This document shows positions 51,265 to 61,305 of a stretch of 64,000 bases of DNA, one piece after another; within the stretch, counting starts at the first letter, position 1; each line of letters begins with the position of its first letter. This stretch comes from Thermodesulfobacteriota bacterium. GTDB lineage: Bacteria; Desulfobacterota_D; UBA1144. Location of the stretch: positions 34,124 through 98,123 of the forward strand of contig JAURPH010000003.1 in assembly GCA_030835345.1 (NCBI GenBank), written 5' to 3'. The notes under the pieces were generated by a model. The model saw only the letters and a program-made list of their open reading frames with translations, had not been told where the DNA came from and searched no databases. The translations under genes and the position numbers were made by a program.

Positions 51265-51680
51265 TGTATTTTCTATTAATGTTTTATTTAAATTTAACTG
51301 TATCATCAATTTTACTTGGTTTAATTTTGACGATTCAATTTGTTCATTATAAAAGTTTTAAATTTATAAGTGATGAAGAATTTAAAAGTTTTCATAAATT
51401 TCACACAAAAAATATTTCTTTTTTAGTTGTTCCCCTTATGGGGTTGGAAGTAATTTTGGCATTATTAATAATATTTTATGATAGTAGCTTATTAACTTTG
51501 CTGAATTTAATATCTGTAGCACTTATTTGGATTTCTACATTTTTATTTCAAGTACCTTCGCATAATAAATTGTCAGAAGGTAAATCTTTAAGTGAAATTC
51601 ACAAACTTATAAAATCAAACTTATATCGTAGTGTCCTATGGTTTTTCAAAGTTTTAATAAGTTTGTTAATCATAATTTAA
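51264..51680 (+). CDS. Small 4-TM membrane protein, possibly DUF1772-like (FQVPSHNKL motif)
   Basis: 138 aa. The start overlaps the upstream stop (TAATG). The family call is a weak recollection. Confidence 0.4.
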   Translation: MYFLLMFYLNLTVSSILLGLILTIQFVHYKSFKFISDEEFKSFHKFHTKNISFLVVPLMGLEVILALLIIFYDSSLLTLLNLISVALIWISTFLFQVPSHNKLSEGKSLSEIHKLIKSNLYRSVLWFFKVLISLLIII

Positions 51681-52932
51681 TTGTTAATATTTCACCCCAA
51701 TTAGTTGTATAATTGGGAGATTTCTTCTCTCTCTTCATCAACCAGTCTCTTGATATGCCTGTATTCGCATATTTAAGGCTATCTCTGCCATATAATGAGT
51801 TCACTTTATCAATCGTGCTCATTAATCTGTCAGACCTTCTAATAGAAGCAATATCGTCTAAGAATGAATATTGCTTATTCTCTGCTTTTTCTATACCAGA
51901 CAAGAACACATGAGCTTTTTTATATGCTAATCCAGGCTTGTAGATAGACTTTAACAAAGAAACTCCTGATTTAATTAATGAAGATGTAGAATCCGTAGAC
52001 GAATCAAAAGATAAGCTATTAATGAAAAAACTCGGACCAGTAGCTTTTAAAAATCTGTTTGTTGATAAAGCAACGGTTATTATATTACATTTTGAATTTT
52101 GAGATCTTAATTTCTCTGCAGCTCTTGAGACATATACAGAAACCGCTTCTTCCAAAAGTACATATTTACCTATAGAAGAACTAAAAGCTCTTGAAGTGGT
52201 TATCTGTTTCTTATTAGCTATAGACTTTTCAATATCTATACACTTGATTCCACGAAGCTCCATGACGGTTCGAAGAATATTAACATTACCGATTTTTCTT
52301 GCTAGCTTATAATCAAGAATACTAAGTTGATAAGCATTTGAAATCCCTTTTTGAATAAATTTTTTTTGTAATCTTCTACCAACCCCCCAAACTGATCCAA
52401 CAGACATCTGTTTTAAAATAGCTGCGGAGTTCATATTGTTACTCAAAATATAAACTCCTGAATTTTTTTTTGCTACTCTACTTGCTAATTTTGATAATGT
52501 TTTTGTAGTTGATATGCCTATTGAAACTGGTATACCAGTCCATTTAAAGATTTTCTTCCTTAAAGAATAAAATTGGGATTCTAAATTATCTAAAGAAGCA
52601 GAATTAATGGAGACAAAAGCTTCGTCTATAGAATAAACTTCTGTATTGTCAAAATGATCTTTGATGATATTCATAACTCTAGCTGACATATCTGCATACA
52701 AAGTATAGTTAGAAGAAAAGACTTTCACTTTTTTTGCTCTAATAATATCTTTGCACTTAAAAAAAGGTTCACCCATTTGAATTCCTAACTTTTTTGCCTC
52801 TATAGATCTAGCGATAATACACCCATCATTATTAGACAAAACAACTACTGGTTTATCATTTAAGCTTGGGTCAAAGACCCTTTCACATGATGCATAAAAA
52901 TTATTACAATCAATTAGGGCTACATATTCCAT
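51670..52932 (-). CDS. umuC: Translesion DNA polymerase V catalytic subunit UmuC (Y-family)
   Basis: 420 aa. [13 protein letters not shown]...[13 protein letters not shown]...SIDEAF aligns closely with E. coli UmuC. Confidence 0.92.
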   Translation of the reverse strand: MEYVALIDCNNFYASCERVFDPSLNDKPVVVLSNNDGCIIARSIEAKKLGIQMGEPFFKCKDIIRAKKVKVFSSNYTLYADMSARVMNIIKDHFDNTEVYSIDEAFVSINSASLDNLESQFYSLRKKIFKWTGIPVSIGISTTKTLSKLASRVAKKNSGVYILSNNMNSAAILKQMSVGSVWGVGRRLQKKFIQKGISNAYQLSILDYKLARKIGNVNILRTVMELRGIKCIDIEKSIANKKQITTSRAFSSSIGKYVLLEEAVSVYVSRAAEKLRSQNSKCNIITVALSTNRFLKATGPSFFINSLSFDSSTDSTSSLIKSGVSLLKSIYKPGLAYKKAHVFLSGIEKAENKQYSFLDDIASIRRSDRLMSTIDKVNSLYGRDSLKYANTGISRDWLMKREKKSPNYTTNWGEILTIKL

Positions 52933-52936
52933 AATT

Positions 52937-53389
52937 TTAAACCTTACTTACTACGTAAGTAACAACCCCCCAAATATTAAAATCCATCTCTTCTGTTATC
53001 TCTATAGGTGAAAAATCATCATTTTCTGGTTTTAAAAAGACTTTTTTGTTTGCTATCCAAACTCTCTTCACTGTTAATTCTCCGTTAATAGAGGCTATAA
53101 CAATACTCTTATCTTTTGCTTCTATGGCTCTATCTACTATGAGGGTATCTCCCGAAGATATTCCCGCATCTTTCATTGAATCTCCCTCTACTTTTACAAA
53201 AAAGGTTGCAGATGGATTTTTAATTAAAAGCTCATTTAAATCCAGATTCCTTTCAATATAATCATCTCCAGGGGAAGGAAACCCTGCTTGAACTCTAACT
53301 GTAAAAAATGGAAATTTAGCCCCTGACTCAGTATTTTCAATGGCTTTTATATCCTTAATTTCGACACTTTTTCTCTTAAGAAGTTTCAT
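52937..53389 (-). CDS. umuD: UmuD (LexA-like S24 self-cleaving protease)
   Basis: 150 aa. [12 protein letters not shown]...[15 protein letters not shown]...GELTVKRV closely matches E. coli UmuD, including the Ala-Gly cleavage site and the Ser/Lys dyad. Confidence 0.92.
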   Translation of the reverse strand: MKLLKRKSVEIKDIKAIENTESGAKFPFFTVRVQAGFPSPGDDYIERNLDLNELLIKNPSATFFVKVEGDSMKDAGISSGDTLIVDRAIEAKDKSIVIASINGELTVKRVWIANKKVFLKPENDDFSPIEITEEMDFNIWGVVTYVVSKV

Positions 53390-53420
53390 CTTTAAAGATT
53401 ATACCAAAATACTAAGGTTA

Positions 53421-53813
53421 TTATTTGGATAATCTAGCTTTTACAAAAAAGGCTATGGAAACAAAGAAATATGGAAGAAGTATTATAGCCATAAGAGACT
53501 TAAATAGTTCCGCCAAAGGTCTTAAAAATAATGAACAATTTTTTATAGTTCCATCACCAATTCCACTACATTCTATAAGTCCTGGAATAGATAGAACCGA
53601 TTTAATACTAGCCGAAAGCCCTATAACGGCGATGACTATAGCAAGATGAATGAACATCCTTCTCCTTTTTTCATTAATCGCTAAAATACCAAAGGTCATT
53701 ATTAGCAAGCCGATGAAAGCCGGTATTAAAACAGTAACTGAATCATAAGATAAATATCCATAGGCCCCTAAGAAGATAAGGAATAAACCTGTAATAATTG
53801 TGTAACGTGGCAT
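53421..53813 (-). CDS. Small 4-TM membrane protein, unknown function
   Basis: 130 aa. Begins 9 nt downstream of tRNA-Asn on the same strand. Confidence 0.45.
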   Translation of the reverse strand: MPRYTIITGLFLIFLGAYGYLSYDSVTVLIPAFIGLLIMTFGILAINEKRRRMFIHLAIVIAVIGLSASIKSVLSIPGLIECSGIGDGTIKNCSLFLRPLAELFKSLMAIILLPYFFVSIAFFVKARLSK

Positions 53814-53822
53814 AAAAACTCC

Positions 53823-53894
53823 CTCCGGAGGAGGGATTTGAACCCCCGACCAAGTGATTAACAGTCACCTGCTCTGCCGCTGAGCTACTCCGGA
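53823..53894 (-). tRNA. tRNA-Asn (anticodon GTT)
   Basis: Folded by hand: acceptor TCCGGAG/CTCCGGA, D-stem GCTC/GAGC, anticodon stem GGTGA/TCACT with loop CTGTTAA, T-stem GGGGG/CCCTC with loop TTCAAAT, discriminator G. No CCA is encoded. Confidence 0.93.
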
Positions 53895-53996
53895 ATTAAA
53901 CTCTAAAAGTAAGAATTTAATGCATAGGATGTAAACAGTCAAGCATGCTATTAAGCTTTAAAAAAAATTCTGAAAAAAGTATACTAAACAGAATTA

Positions 53997-54893
53997 ATGA
54001 AAGAGATTAAAAAGCGACCAAAAATAGTTAAAGAAAATCCAAATCTGCCAGTTCCTGCGAATTCGCTAGAAAAATATCTTGTAGAGATAAGTAATTATAA
54101 AATCTTATCTAAAGAAAAAGAAATAGAATATGCTTTGGATTATAGAGAAACAGGAAATGTTGAATCTGCCAGAAAGCTGATTACTTCAAATCTGAGATTT
54201 GTTGTCAAAATTGCAATGGAATATCAAAGTTATGGGTTGAACATAATGGATATTATCCAAGAAGGTAATTTAGGTCTTATGAAAGCTGTAACGAAATTTG
54301 ATCCAACAAAAAGATATAGACTAATTTCTTATGGTGTTTGGTGGATAAGGGCATATATTCAAAATTTTATTATGAAAAATTGGAGTCTAATCAAAATAGG
54401 AACAACCCAATCTCAAAGAAAACTCTTCTATAAAATAAGATCGGCAAAAAATAAATACAATGATGGGAATATTAGCAGAGAAGAATATTATGAAAAACTT
54501 TCTAAAGATCTAAAAATTTCTATAAAAGAAATTAAAGAGATGGATCAAAGAATGAGTGGAAAAGAATTCTCTCTTGATGAACAATTGCAAGAAGGTGAAG
54601 GGCAAAGCAAAATGGAATTCTTAGAATCGGGTGAGGAAAATCAAGAGGATATATCTATTTCCAACCAACAAAATCAGGAACTCAAAGATGGATTAAATGA
54701 AGCATTAAAAAAACTTAATGATAGAGAAAAATATATTATTGAAAAAAGACTTTTGTCAGATGAACAAGAAACATTGGAGGAAGTAGGTAAAAAATTTAAA
54801 ATATCAAGAGAAAGAGTAAGACAAATTGAAAAAGGGGCTATTTCTAAAATAAGAAAAATTTTACAAGATAGAGGAATTAAAGCTGAGTTTTAA
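53997..54893 (+). CDS. rpoH: RNA polymerase heat-shock sigma factor sigma-32
   Basis: 298 aa. IQEGNLGLMKAVTKFDP and the RpoH box QSQRKLFYKIRSAK. Confidence 0.93.
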   Translation: MKEIKKRPKIVKENPNLPVPANSLEKYLVEISNYKILSKEKEIEYALDYRETGNVESARKLITSNLRFVVKIAMEYQSYGLNIMDIIQEGNLGLMKAVTKFDPTKRYRLISYGVWWIRAYIQNFIMKNWSLIKIGTTQSQRKLFYKIRSAKNKYNDGNISREEYYEKLSKDLKISIKEIKEMDQRMSGKEFSLDEQLQEGEGQSKMEFLESGEENQEDISISNQQNQELKDGLNEALKKLNDREKYIIEKRLLSDEQETLEEVGKKFKISRERVRQIEKGAISKIRKILQDRGIKAEF

Positions 54894-57477
54894 TAATTTT
54901 CAGCCCTTCATCAATCGAAGATATCCTGCTACATCCTGCTTGTGCAAGATTTTTCTTTCCACCACCTTTTCCATTATAAAGTTGAGAAATTGAATTAATT
55001 ACTTTCTTGCAATCAAAATTATCAACTTCGTTTGTTGAAGCACAAACAAGAATTGAATTATTTTGATTATTAGATCCAAGTAGGCCTATTGCTTTAGTTT
55101 CTCCTTCCTTTAATTCATCCCATAACGATTTGAGTTCGTTGGCTGTCATGTCGGTTGTTAAAAAAGCAATAACTTTAACACCCCCGATTATTTCAGCATT
55201 CTCTTTAAGTTGATTCGCCAGACCCTTACTCATACTTTTCTCAAACTCATTAATTTTATGCTTCAACTCTATATTTTCTTTCTTTAACCTTTCAATTTCA
55301 TCAGGGACTTTTTCTAGAGATGCTGATAACAGGCTAGATGAAACATTGAGCTTATCCCTTAAGTTTAATAAAAAATTATAAGATGGAATTGAAGTGTATG
55401 CTTCAATTCTTCTGATCCCTGAAGATATACTATTTTCTGATGAAATTGTTATTGATCCTAAATCGCCTGAGCTTTTAACATGTGTACCACCACATAGTTC
55501 CATACTATAATTTCCAATCTTAACGACTCTAACAAAATCTCCATATTTCTCTTCAAAAAAAGCATTAGCTCCTTCTTTAATAGCTTTTTTGTATTCAACA
55601 TTTTCGTTAATATTGACTTTGGAATTCTCAATTATTTTTTCATTACATAATCTTTCAACAGATTTTATAGTTGCATCTTCAATATTACTAAAATGGCTGA
55701 AATCAAATCTTAATCTAGAATCTTCTACCAATGAACCTGCTTGCCTAACATGAGTACCAAGAATATTTCTTAATGCATAGTGGATAATATGTGTTGCAGA
55801 ATGATGAGAAGAAATAGAGAATCTATAATCAGTGTTAATTTCAAGAACCAACTTATCTCCCAATTTCAAAGTTCCTTTTTTAACTATAGATTGGTGTAAA
55901 TAAATATTATCTTTAGTTTTTTGAACATTAAAAATTTCAATAATCCCTGATTCCTTTTTACCAACACCCTTGTCACTAATTTGTCCGCCACTCTCCGCAT
56001 AAAATGGAGTTTTATCAAAAATAAAACTTACTTTATCACCTTCTTTCACTTGAGTGACTAACTCATTGTCTTTAATAATTCCAACAATTAAAGAATCAGT
56101 CATATTTTGATCATAACCTACAAATCCATCCGTAATTTTTTTACCAACATTATTAAGATTTAGTGAATCACTAACAATAGCTTTAAACTTGGATGCTACT
56201 TTTGAAGACTTCTTTTGCTCCAGCATTTCCTCTTCATATCCTTGTATGTCCATAATATAATTTGTGCTTTTTAGAATATCCTCAATCAAATCTACAGGGA
56301 AGCCGAAAGTATCATAAAGTTTAAAGATATCTTTCCCACTCAAGATCATTGTCTCCTTAGATGATTCAAGAGAAGAATTCAATTGCTCTAACCCTCTGTC
56401 TATGGTCTGTAAAAACTTTTCCTCTTCATTTTTAATAATTGACATAATATTATCTTTATTTTTTGCGAGCTCGACATAAAAAGTCTTCATGGATTCAACA
56501 ACTTGATTTGATAACTCAAAAATAAATGGCTCATCTATTCCTAGTAGTCTGCAATGTCTAATTGCCCTCCTTAAGATTCTTCTTAATACATATCCTCTAC
56601 CTTCACTAGAAGGTATAACGCCATCAGATATTAGAAATGTAGCAGCTCTTGCATGATCAGCCAAAACTCTATAAGAAATATCCACGTCTGAATCAGTATT
56701 ATATGGGACTCCTTTTTTACTAGCAGAATATTCAATCAAATACCTAAAAAGATCGGTGTCATAATTGCTAGTTACTCCCTGTAGTATAGAAGCTAGCCTT
56801 TCTAGGCCCATTCCGGTATCTATACTTGGCTTAGGAAGAGGTGTCATTTTCCCTTTTTCATCTCTGTTGAATTGCATAAAAACTAGATTCCAAATTTCTA
56901 AATATCTTTCTCCATCTGTAATATCAATATTATTTTCAGGTTGTTCACCCATATCATAGATAATTTCCGAGCATGGCCCACAAGGCCCTGTTTCCCCCAT
57001 TGACCAAAAATTGTCTTCTTCGCCTAATCTAAAAATTCTTTCTTTATCTATATACTTTGTCCATATCTTTTCTGCCTCATCGTCTTCATTAAAAACAGTA
57101 ACAAAAAGTTTCTCTTTATTAAGCTTAAGCTCTAATGTCAAAAACTCCCAAGCAAATTTAATAGCATCTTCCTTAAAATAGTCTCCGAAAGAAAAATTCC
57201 CTAACATTTCAAAAAAAGTATGATGTCTTCGTGTTCGACCAACATTCTCTAAGTCATTATGCTTTCCTCCAGCTCTTAGACTCTTCTGACATGAACAAGC
57301 AGTACTAAAACCTCTTGTTTCTTCACCCAAGAAAATATCTTTAAACTGAACCATCCCTGCATTGGTAAATAATAAAGTTGGATCTTCAGTTGGTATTAGA
57401 CTTGAACTCTCAACACTACTATGATTGTGAGATATAAAATAATCTAAAAATTTTTTTCGGATATCAGCTGAAAGCAT
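54877..57477 (-). CDS. alaS: Alanine--tRNA ligase
   Basis: 866 aa. FTNAGMVQFK, the editing-domain HxxxH, C-terminal DHHA1. Confidence 0.97.
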   Translation of the reverse strand: MLSADIRKKFLDYFISHNHSSVESSSLIPTEDPTLLFTNAGMVQFKDIFLGEETRGFSTACSCQKSLRAGGKHNDLENVGRTRRHHTFFEMLGNFSFGDYFKEDAIKFAWEFLTLELKLNKEKLFVTVFNEDDEAEKIWTKYIDKERIFRLGEEDNFWSMGETGPCGPCSEIIYDMGEQPENNIDITDGERYLEIWNLVFMQFNRDEKGKMTPLPKPSIDTGMGLERLASILQGVTSNYDTDLFRYLIEYSASKKGVPYNTDSDVDISYRVLADHARAATFLISDGVIPSSEGRGYVLRRILRRAIRHCRLLGIDEPFIFELSNQVVESMKTFYVELAKNKDNIMSIIKNEEEKFLQTIDRGLEQLNSSLESSKETMILSGKDIFKLYDTFGFPVDLIEDILKSTNYIMDIQGYEEEMLEQKKSSKVASKFKAIVSDSLNLNNVGKKITDGFVGYDQNMTDSLIVGIIKDNELVTQVKEGDKVSFIFDKTPFYAESGGQISDKGVGKKESGIIEIFNVQKTKDNIYLHQSIVKKGTLKLGDKLVLEINTDYRFSISSHHSATHIIHYALRNILGTHVRQAGSLVEDSRLRFDFSHFSNIEDATIKSVERLCNEKIIENSKVNINENVEYKKAIKEGANAFFEEKYGDFVRVVKIGNYSMELCGGTHVKSSGDLGSITISSENSISSGIRRIEAYTSIPSYNFLLNLRDKLNVSSSLLSASLEKVPDEIERLKKENIELKHKINEFEKSMSKGLANQLKENAEIIGGVKVIAFLTTDMTANELKSLWDELKEGETKAIGLLGSNNQNNSILVCASTNEVDNFDCKKVINSISQLYNGKGGGKKNLAQAGCSRISSIDEGLKIIKTQL

Positions 57478-57529
57478 GGAAATTATTATAATCGTATTTA
57501 GCTAGAGTTAAAATTAGAAAATTAGTTTT

Positions 57530-57778
57530 TTAGGAAACATTTATATAGACTTTAGACTTTCCTTTTTTAACAAACTCAACTAAACCATCTTTTAAAGCAT
57601 AGATTGTATGGTCTCTTCCAAGGCCCACATTTTTCCCAGGGTAGAATTTAGTTCCTCTTTGCCTTACTATAATGCCACCGCAATTCACTTTTTGCCCACC
57701 AAAAAGTTTCACACCAAGACGTTTTCCAATACTATCTCTTCCGTTCTTAGTACTTCCGCCACCTTTTTTTGTTGACAT
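57530..57778 (-). CDS. rpmA: 50S ribosomal protein L27
   Basis: 82 aa. [13 protein letters not shown]...[12 protein letters not shown]. Confidence 0.95.
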   Translation of the reverse strand: MSTKKGGGSTKNGRDSIGKRLGVKLFGGQKVNCGGIIVRQRGTKFYPGKNVGLGRDHTIYALKDGLVEFVKKGKSKVYINVS

Positions 57779-57794
57779 TATATGCTCCTTAAAC

Positions 57795-58106
57795 TTATTT
57801 AGAAATCGAAGTGATTTCTAATGTTTGATATTTTTGTCTATGCCCATTTAAAGTTTTTGAATCTTGCCTTCTTCTAAATTTAAAAACTTTTATTTTTTTT
57901 CCTTTAGTATTAGCAACTACTTTTGCCTTAACCTTAACTGCCTTTAAAGCTTTAGGGTCAGAAATAACAGAATCATTATCAGATAACAGCAATACTTCAT
58001 TAAGTTCAACTTCTGAACCAACTTCATTACCAGTAAGTTCGGCTTGAATTTTGTCACCTTCTTGGACAAAAAACTGTTTTCCACCTGTCTTAATAACAAC
58101 TTCCAT
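57795..58106 (-). CDS. rplU: 50S ribosomal protein L21
   Basis: 103 aa. [20 protein letters not shown]. Confidence 0.93.
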   Translation of the reverse strand: MEVVIKTGGKQFFVQEGDKIQAELTGNEVGSEVELNEVLLLSDNDSVISDPKALKAVKVKAKVVANTKGKKIKVFKFRRRQDSKTLNGHRQKYQTLEITSISK

Positions 58107-58161
58107 TAAAATCCTCCAAAGGTATATATTTTTACAAATAATTAACCTTTGTCAACAATTA

Positions 58162-58758
58162 TTACTCTTCTAATTCAACATTCCAGTAAGAAGCTTCAAT
58201 AAAGCTTAAGAATGGTCGCCATTCCTTATAGGTAGTTGTCTTAATATATAGGTTAGATAGCAACTCCCATGTAGGCTTAACTGGTTTTACCTTAAGCCTC
58301 ATATTAGAGGCAGCTAGTGTTTTACAGCCTTTTTTTCTATTACATTTCGAACATGCACATACAACATTTTCCCACTCAGTTTTCCCTCCTAATGCTCGAG
58401 GCACAATATGATCTATAGTTAAATCGGATTTTGGAAGAGATTGGCCACAATACTGACACTGAGATTTATCTCTCTTAAAAATATTATATCTATTAAACCT
58501 AACTTCTTTACTAGGGACTTTATCATACCTAACAACCATAATGACTCTAGGAATTTTAATAACTGTTGAGACTGTTTTTATACAATCATCTTCATTTGTT
58601 GCCGAAATTTCACTCCAAGAATTAAAATCAAAAGTTTCATAATCTAAGTTTACTGCTTTAGCTGAACCACCATAAAGCATAAGAAATGCTCGTTTTACAC
58701 TAGTAGTGTCAATTGGAAAGAAAAAACGGTTTAAAACTAAGACATGACTGTCTATCAT
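58162..58758 (-). CDS. HNH endonuclease domain protein
   Basis: 198 aa. CQYCGQSLPKSDLTIDHIVPRALGGKTEWENVVCACSKCNRKKG is an HNH/zinc-finger motif. Confidence 0.8.
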   Translation of the reverse strand: MIDSHVLVLNRFFFPIDTTSVKRAFLMLYGGSAKAVNLDYETFDFNSWSEISATNEDDCIKTVSTVIKIPRVIMVVRYDKVPSKEVRFNRYNIFKRDKSQCQYCGQSLPKSDLTIDHIVPRALGGKTEWENVVCACSKCNRKKGCKTLAASNMRLKVKPVKPTWELLSNLYIKTTTYKEWRPFLSFIEASYWNVELEE

Positions 58759-58803
58759 ATAATAATAATTTACCAGAAAATAAAGATTGTTGAATTTAAA
58801 GTT

Positions 58804-60270
58804 ATGTTAACAGAATCAATCAAAATGAATTATAAACCATACATTGTTTTAGCAGCAGCGGTCATATGCTATGTTATTCCTTTTTTAAATTTTAATCTTT
58901 TTTTCACTAATTGGATTTTTTTTGCATTAATCATTTGGATAATAAATTCAAAAAGTATAAATATTTTAAAAATAGCGATATTTTTTGGAACATCTACTGT
59001 TCTAATTGGGGAATACTGGATACCCGAGACTATAAGAAATCTTTCTGGTGTAAATACCGCGGTTTCATTTTCTGTTCATTTCTTATATGCAATTTATGAA
59101 TCCTTATTTTTTGTAGCAATTTTTTTATTCGCAAAAAAAATACTCTCATTAAAAAAAGGTTTCAGGGCAATAAAGTATTTGACTATAATACTGTGTTATA
59201 TAATTCTGGAAGAATATTATCCAAGAATATTCCCGTATAATTTAGGAAACACTCAAATACTTTTTAATTCATTATCTCAACATATATCAATTTTAGGCCT
59301 AAATTTTTTAACCTTTATAGTTTTAATGATCAATTTTATTTTCTTTGAAATATTCATCAATAAAAAAGTTTCAAAAATAATTCTAATTGGAATGACAGCT
59401 ATGATTTTAATCCTTATATCGTGGGATCCGACATATAACTCAACAGACAAAGAGAGATTAAAGGTAGTTATACTTCAACCAAATAATATTAAAAAGAATT
59501 TAAATACCATGCCGAATAATAAAAATTTCGATTTAACTATTTGGCCTGAAAATAGTTATAAATTAATTGATCTTGATAATAAAGAATTTTTTAGTCTTTT
59601 TAAACAAGATTTCGGTAATAACTATGTTTTTCATACTAAGTACTTGCTGTTTGGAGCCATAACAAAAAAGAATAATAGTTTTTTTAATTCCTCAATTTTA
59701 ATAGATCAAGACAAAAGGATAATTAATATTAAAAATAAAAAAAACCTGCTTATGTTTGGCGAATTTTACCCTTTTAAAGAGTATCTTTCCAAACTTATAC
59801 CAATTTTTAATAATTTTATTAATCTTAGTAAAGGCAAAAATATCTTACAAGAGATTGGAACCATTAAAAGCCTTGTACTAATTTGTTATGAAGATTTATT
59901 TCGTGAAGATGTGCATAAAATCTTTAAAAATGAAAATCCCTCTATTCTCATAAACATTACTAATGATATATGGTACGGGGAAACAATTGCTAGCTACCAA
60001 CATCTAATGCTCTCAATACCTTTATCAATTGAAACTCAAAGATACTTGATTAGATCCACTAACAACGGAGTAACAGCAGTGATTTCAAATAAGGGAGAAA
60101 TTATTAATATGATTGAGCCATTTAGATTTGGCACTATAGAACATGAAATCCCGATAATAACTCAAAAAAGTAAATATGTTGAATATAAAGTATTTATTGA
60201 TATTATTGGAACATTATTATTTATCACATTTCTAACTATTCTTCTTAAAGAAAATCGAAAGATACTTTAA
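58804..60270 (+). CDS. lnt: Apolipoprotein N-acyltransferase
   Basis: Polytopic N-terminal domain and a C-terminal CN-hydrolase domain with the catalytic LICYEDLF. The ORF track starts at 58744. ATG 58804 or 58825 is a more plausible start, just before the first TM helix. Confidence 0.85.
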   Translation: MLTESIKMNYKPYIVLAAAVICYVIPFLNFNLFFTNWIFFALIIWIINSKSINILKIAIFFGTSTVLIGEYWIPETIRNLSGVNTAVSFSVHFLYAIYESLFFVAIFLFAKKILSLKKGFRAIKYLTIILCYIILEEYYPRIFPYNLGNTQILFNSLSQHISILGLNFLTFIVLMINFIFFEIFINKKVSKIILIGMTAMILILISWDPTYNSTDKERLKVVILQPNNIKKNLNTMPNNKNFDLTIWPENSYKLIDLDNKEFFSLFKQDFGNNYVFHTKYLLFGAITKKNNSFFNSSILIDQDKRIINIKNKKNLLMFGEFYPFKEYLSKLIPIFNNFINLSKGKNILQEIGTIKSLVLICYEDLFREDVHKIFKNENPSILINITNDIWYGETIASYQHLMLSIPLSIETQRYLIRSTNNGVTAVISNKGEIINMIEPFRFGTIEHEIPIITQKSKYVEYKVFIDIIGTLLFITFLTILLKENRKIL

Positions 60271-61305
60271 TAGAGCATTGTTCTCTTTTTCTGTTCCTAT
60301 CGTAACCCTAAAATAATTAATTAATTTTTTATCTGTGAAAGTTTTGATATTAATATTTTTGGTTTTTAAAAAATTACATAATTTCTTTGTTTTAAAATAC
60401 TCTATAAATAAAAAATTTGAATCTGAATCTGTAATTTTAATCTGTTTATATCCTTCCAACTTCTCAGTTAACTTTATTCTTTCATTAATAACATTCTGTA
60501 TTTGCTCTTTGTATTCTTTTATATGAATAAAATAATCTTGGGCAATTAATTGTGATAATGTTGAAACATTATATGGCAATCTAACCTTGTTAACTATATT
60601 TACTACTTCTTTGTTAGCAATCAGAAACCCTAATCTTAATGAGGCAAAACCTATCTTTGACATAGTTTTCATAATAACGAGATTTTTATATTTTTTTAAG
60701 CTCTTCATGAAACTAAAGCTTGCATATTCTGAATATGCCTCATCAATGACAACCAATCCCTTTGCTTTATTAAGTATCTTAAAAATTTTTTCCTTACTGA
60801 ATGAATTTGATGTGGGATTATTAGGAGATGCTATAAATATTAAATCTGGATCTGCTTCAGATAATATTTCCAATGTCTTTGGCAAATCAATATCATAATT
60901 TTGTGTTAAAGGAACTTCCAAACATTTCATTCCTAATGATTGAGTTAAAATTTTATACATTGAAAATGAGGGCTTAAAAGTTAATACCGATTCACTTTTT
61001 CCAGTCAATGATAGGAGTAAATTTAAGATGAGTTCATCTGAACCATTAAATAATGCAACCTGGTTTTGATTTACTTTATAATGCTTTGCTATTAAATTTC
61101 TTAAATCAATTTGTTTTGCATCTGGATACCTATTCACAGAATTAAATTTTAAATATTTTTTTGCTTTTGAATTCTTCAGACTTCTAATCTCATTTATTCC
61201 AAAATCAAATGGAGACTCATTTGCATTTAATCTTATTTTAAAATCAACATCATCAGGGCTATAAGCAACTAATTTTCTTAAAGCTTTTTTTATTCTTAAG
61301 CTCAT
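60232..61305 (-). CDS. hisC: Histidinol-phosphate aminotransferase
   Basis: 357 aa. Class II aminotransferase (IDEAYSEY...MSKIGFASLRLG). Confidence 0.88.
   Translation of the reverse strand: MSLRIKKALRKLVAYSPDDVDFKIRLNANESPFDFGINEIRSLKNSKAKKYLKFNSVNRYPDAKQIDLRNLIAKHYKVNQNQVALFNGSDELILNLLLSLTGKSESVLTFKPSFSMYKILTQSLGMKCLEVPLTQNYDIDLPKTLEILSEADPDLIFIASPNNPTSNSFSKEKIFKILNKAKGLVVIDEAYSEYASFSFMKSLKKYKNLVIMKTMSKIGFASLRLGFLIANKEVVNIVNKVRLPYNVSTLSQLIAQDYFIHIKEYKEQIQNVINERIKLTEKLEGYKQIKITDSDSNFLFIEYFKTKKLCNFLKTKNINIKTFTDKKLINYFRVTIGTEKENNALLKYLSIFFKKNS

Noticed and set aside
46798-53894. Genomic island integrated at tRNA-Asn spanning the NRAMP-like gene, the FAD-oxidoreductase cluster and umuDC
   Set aside because: No integrase or transposase, no detectable direct repeat of the tRNA 3' end, and no obvious compositional shift by eye. 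Kept only as a context note in the findings.
58107-58161. Sigma-70-like promoter (TTGACA on the minus strand near 58150-58155) upstream of rplU
   Set aside because: The -10 element is ambiguous in this A/T-rich spacer, so it is not reported as a feature.
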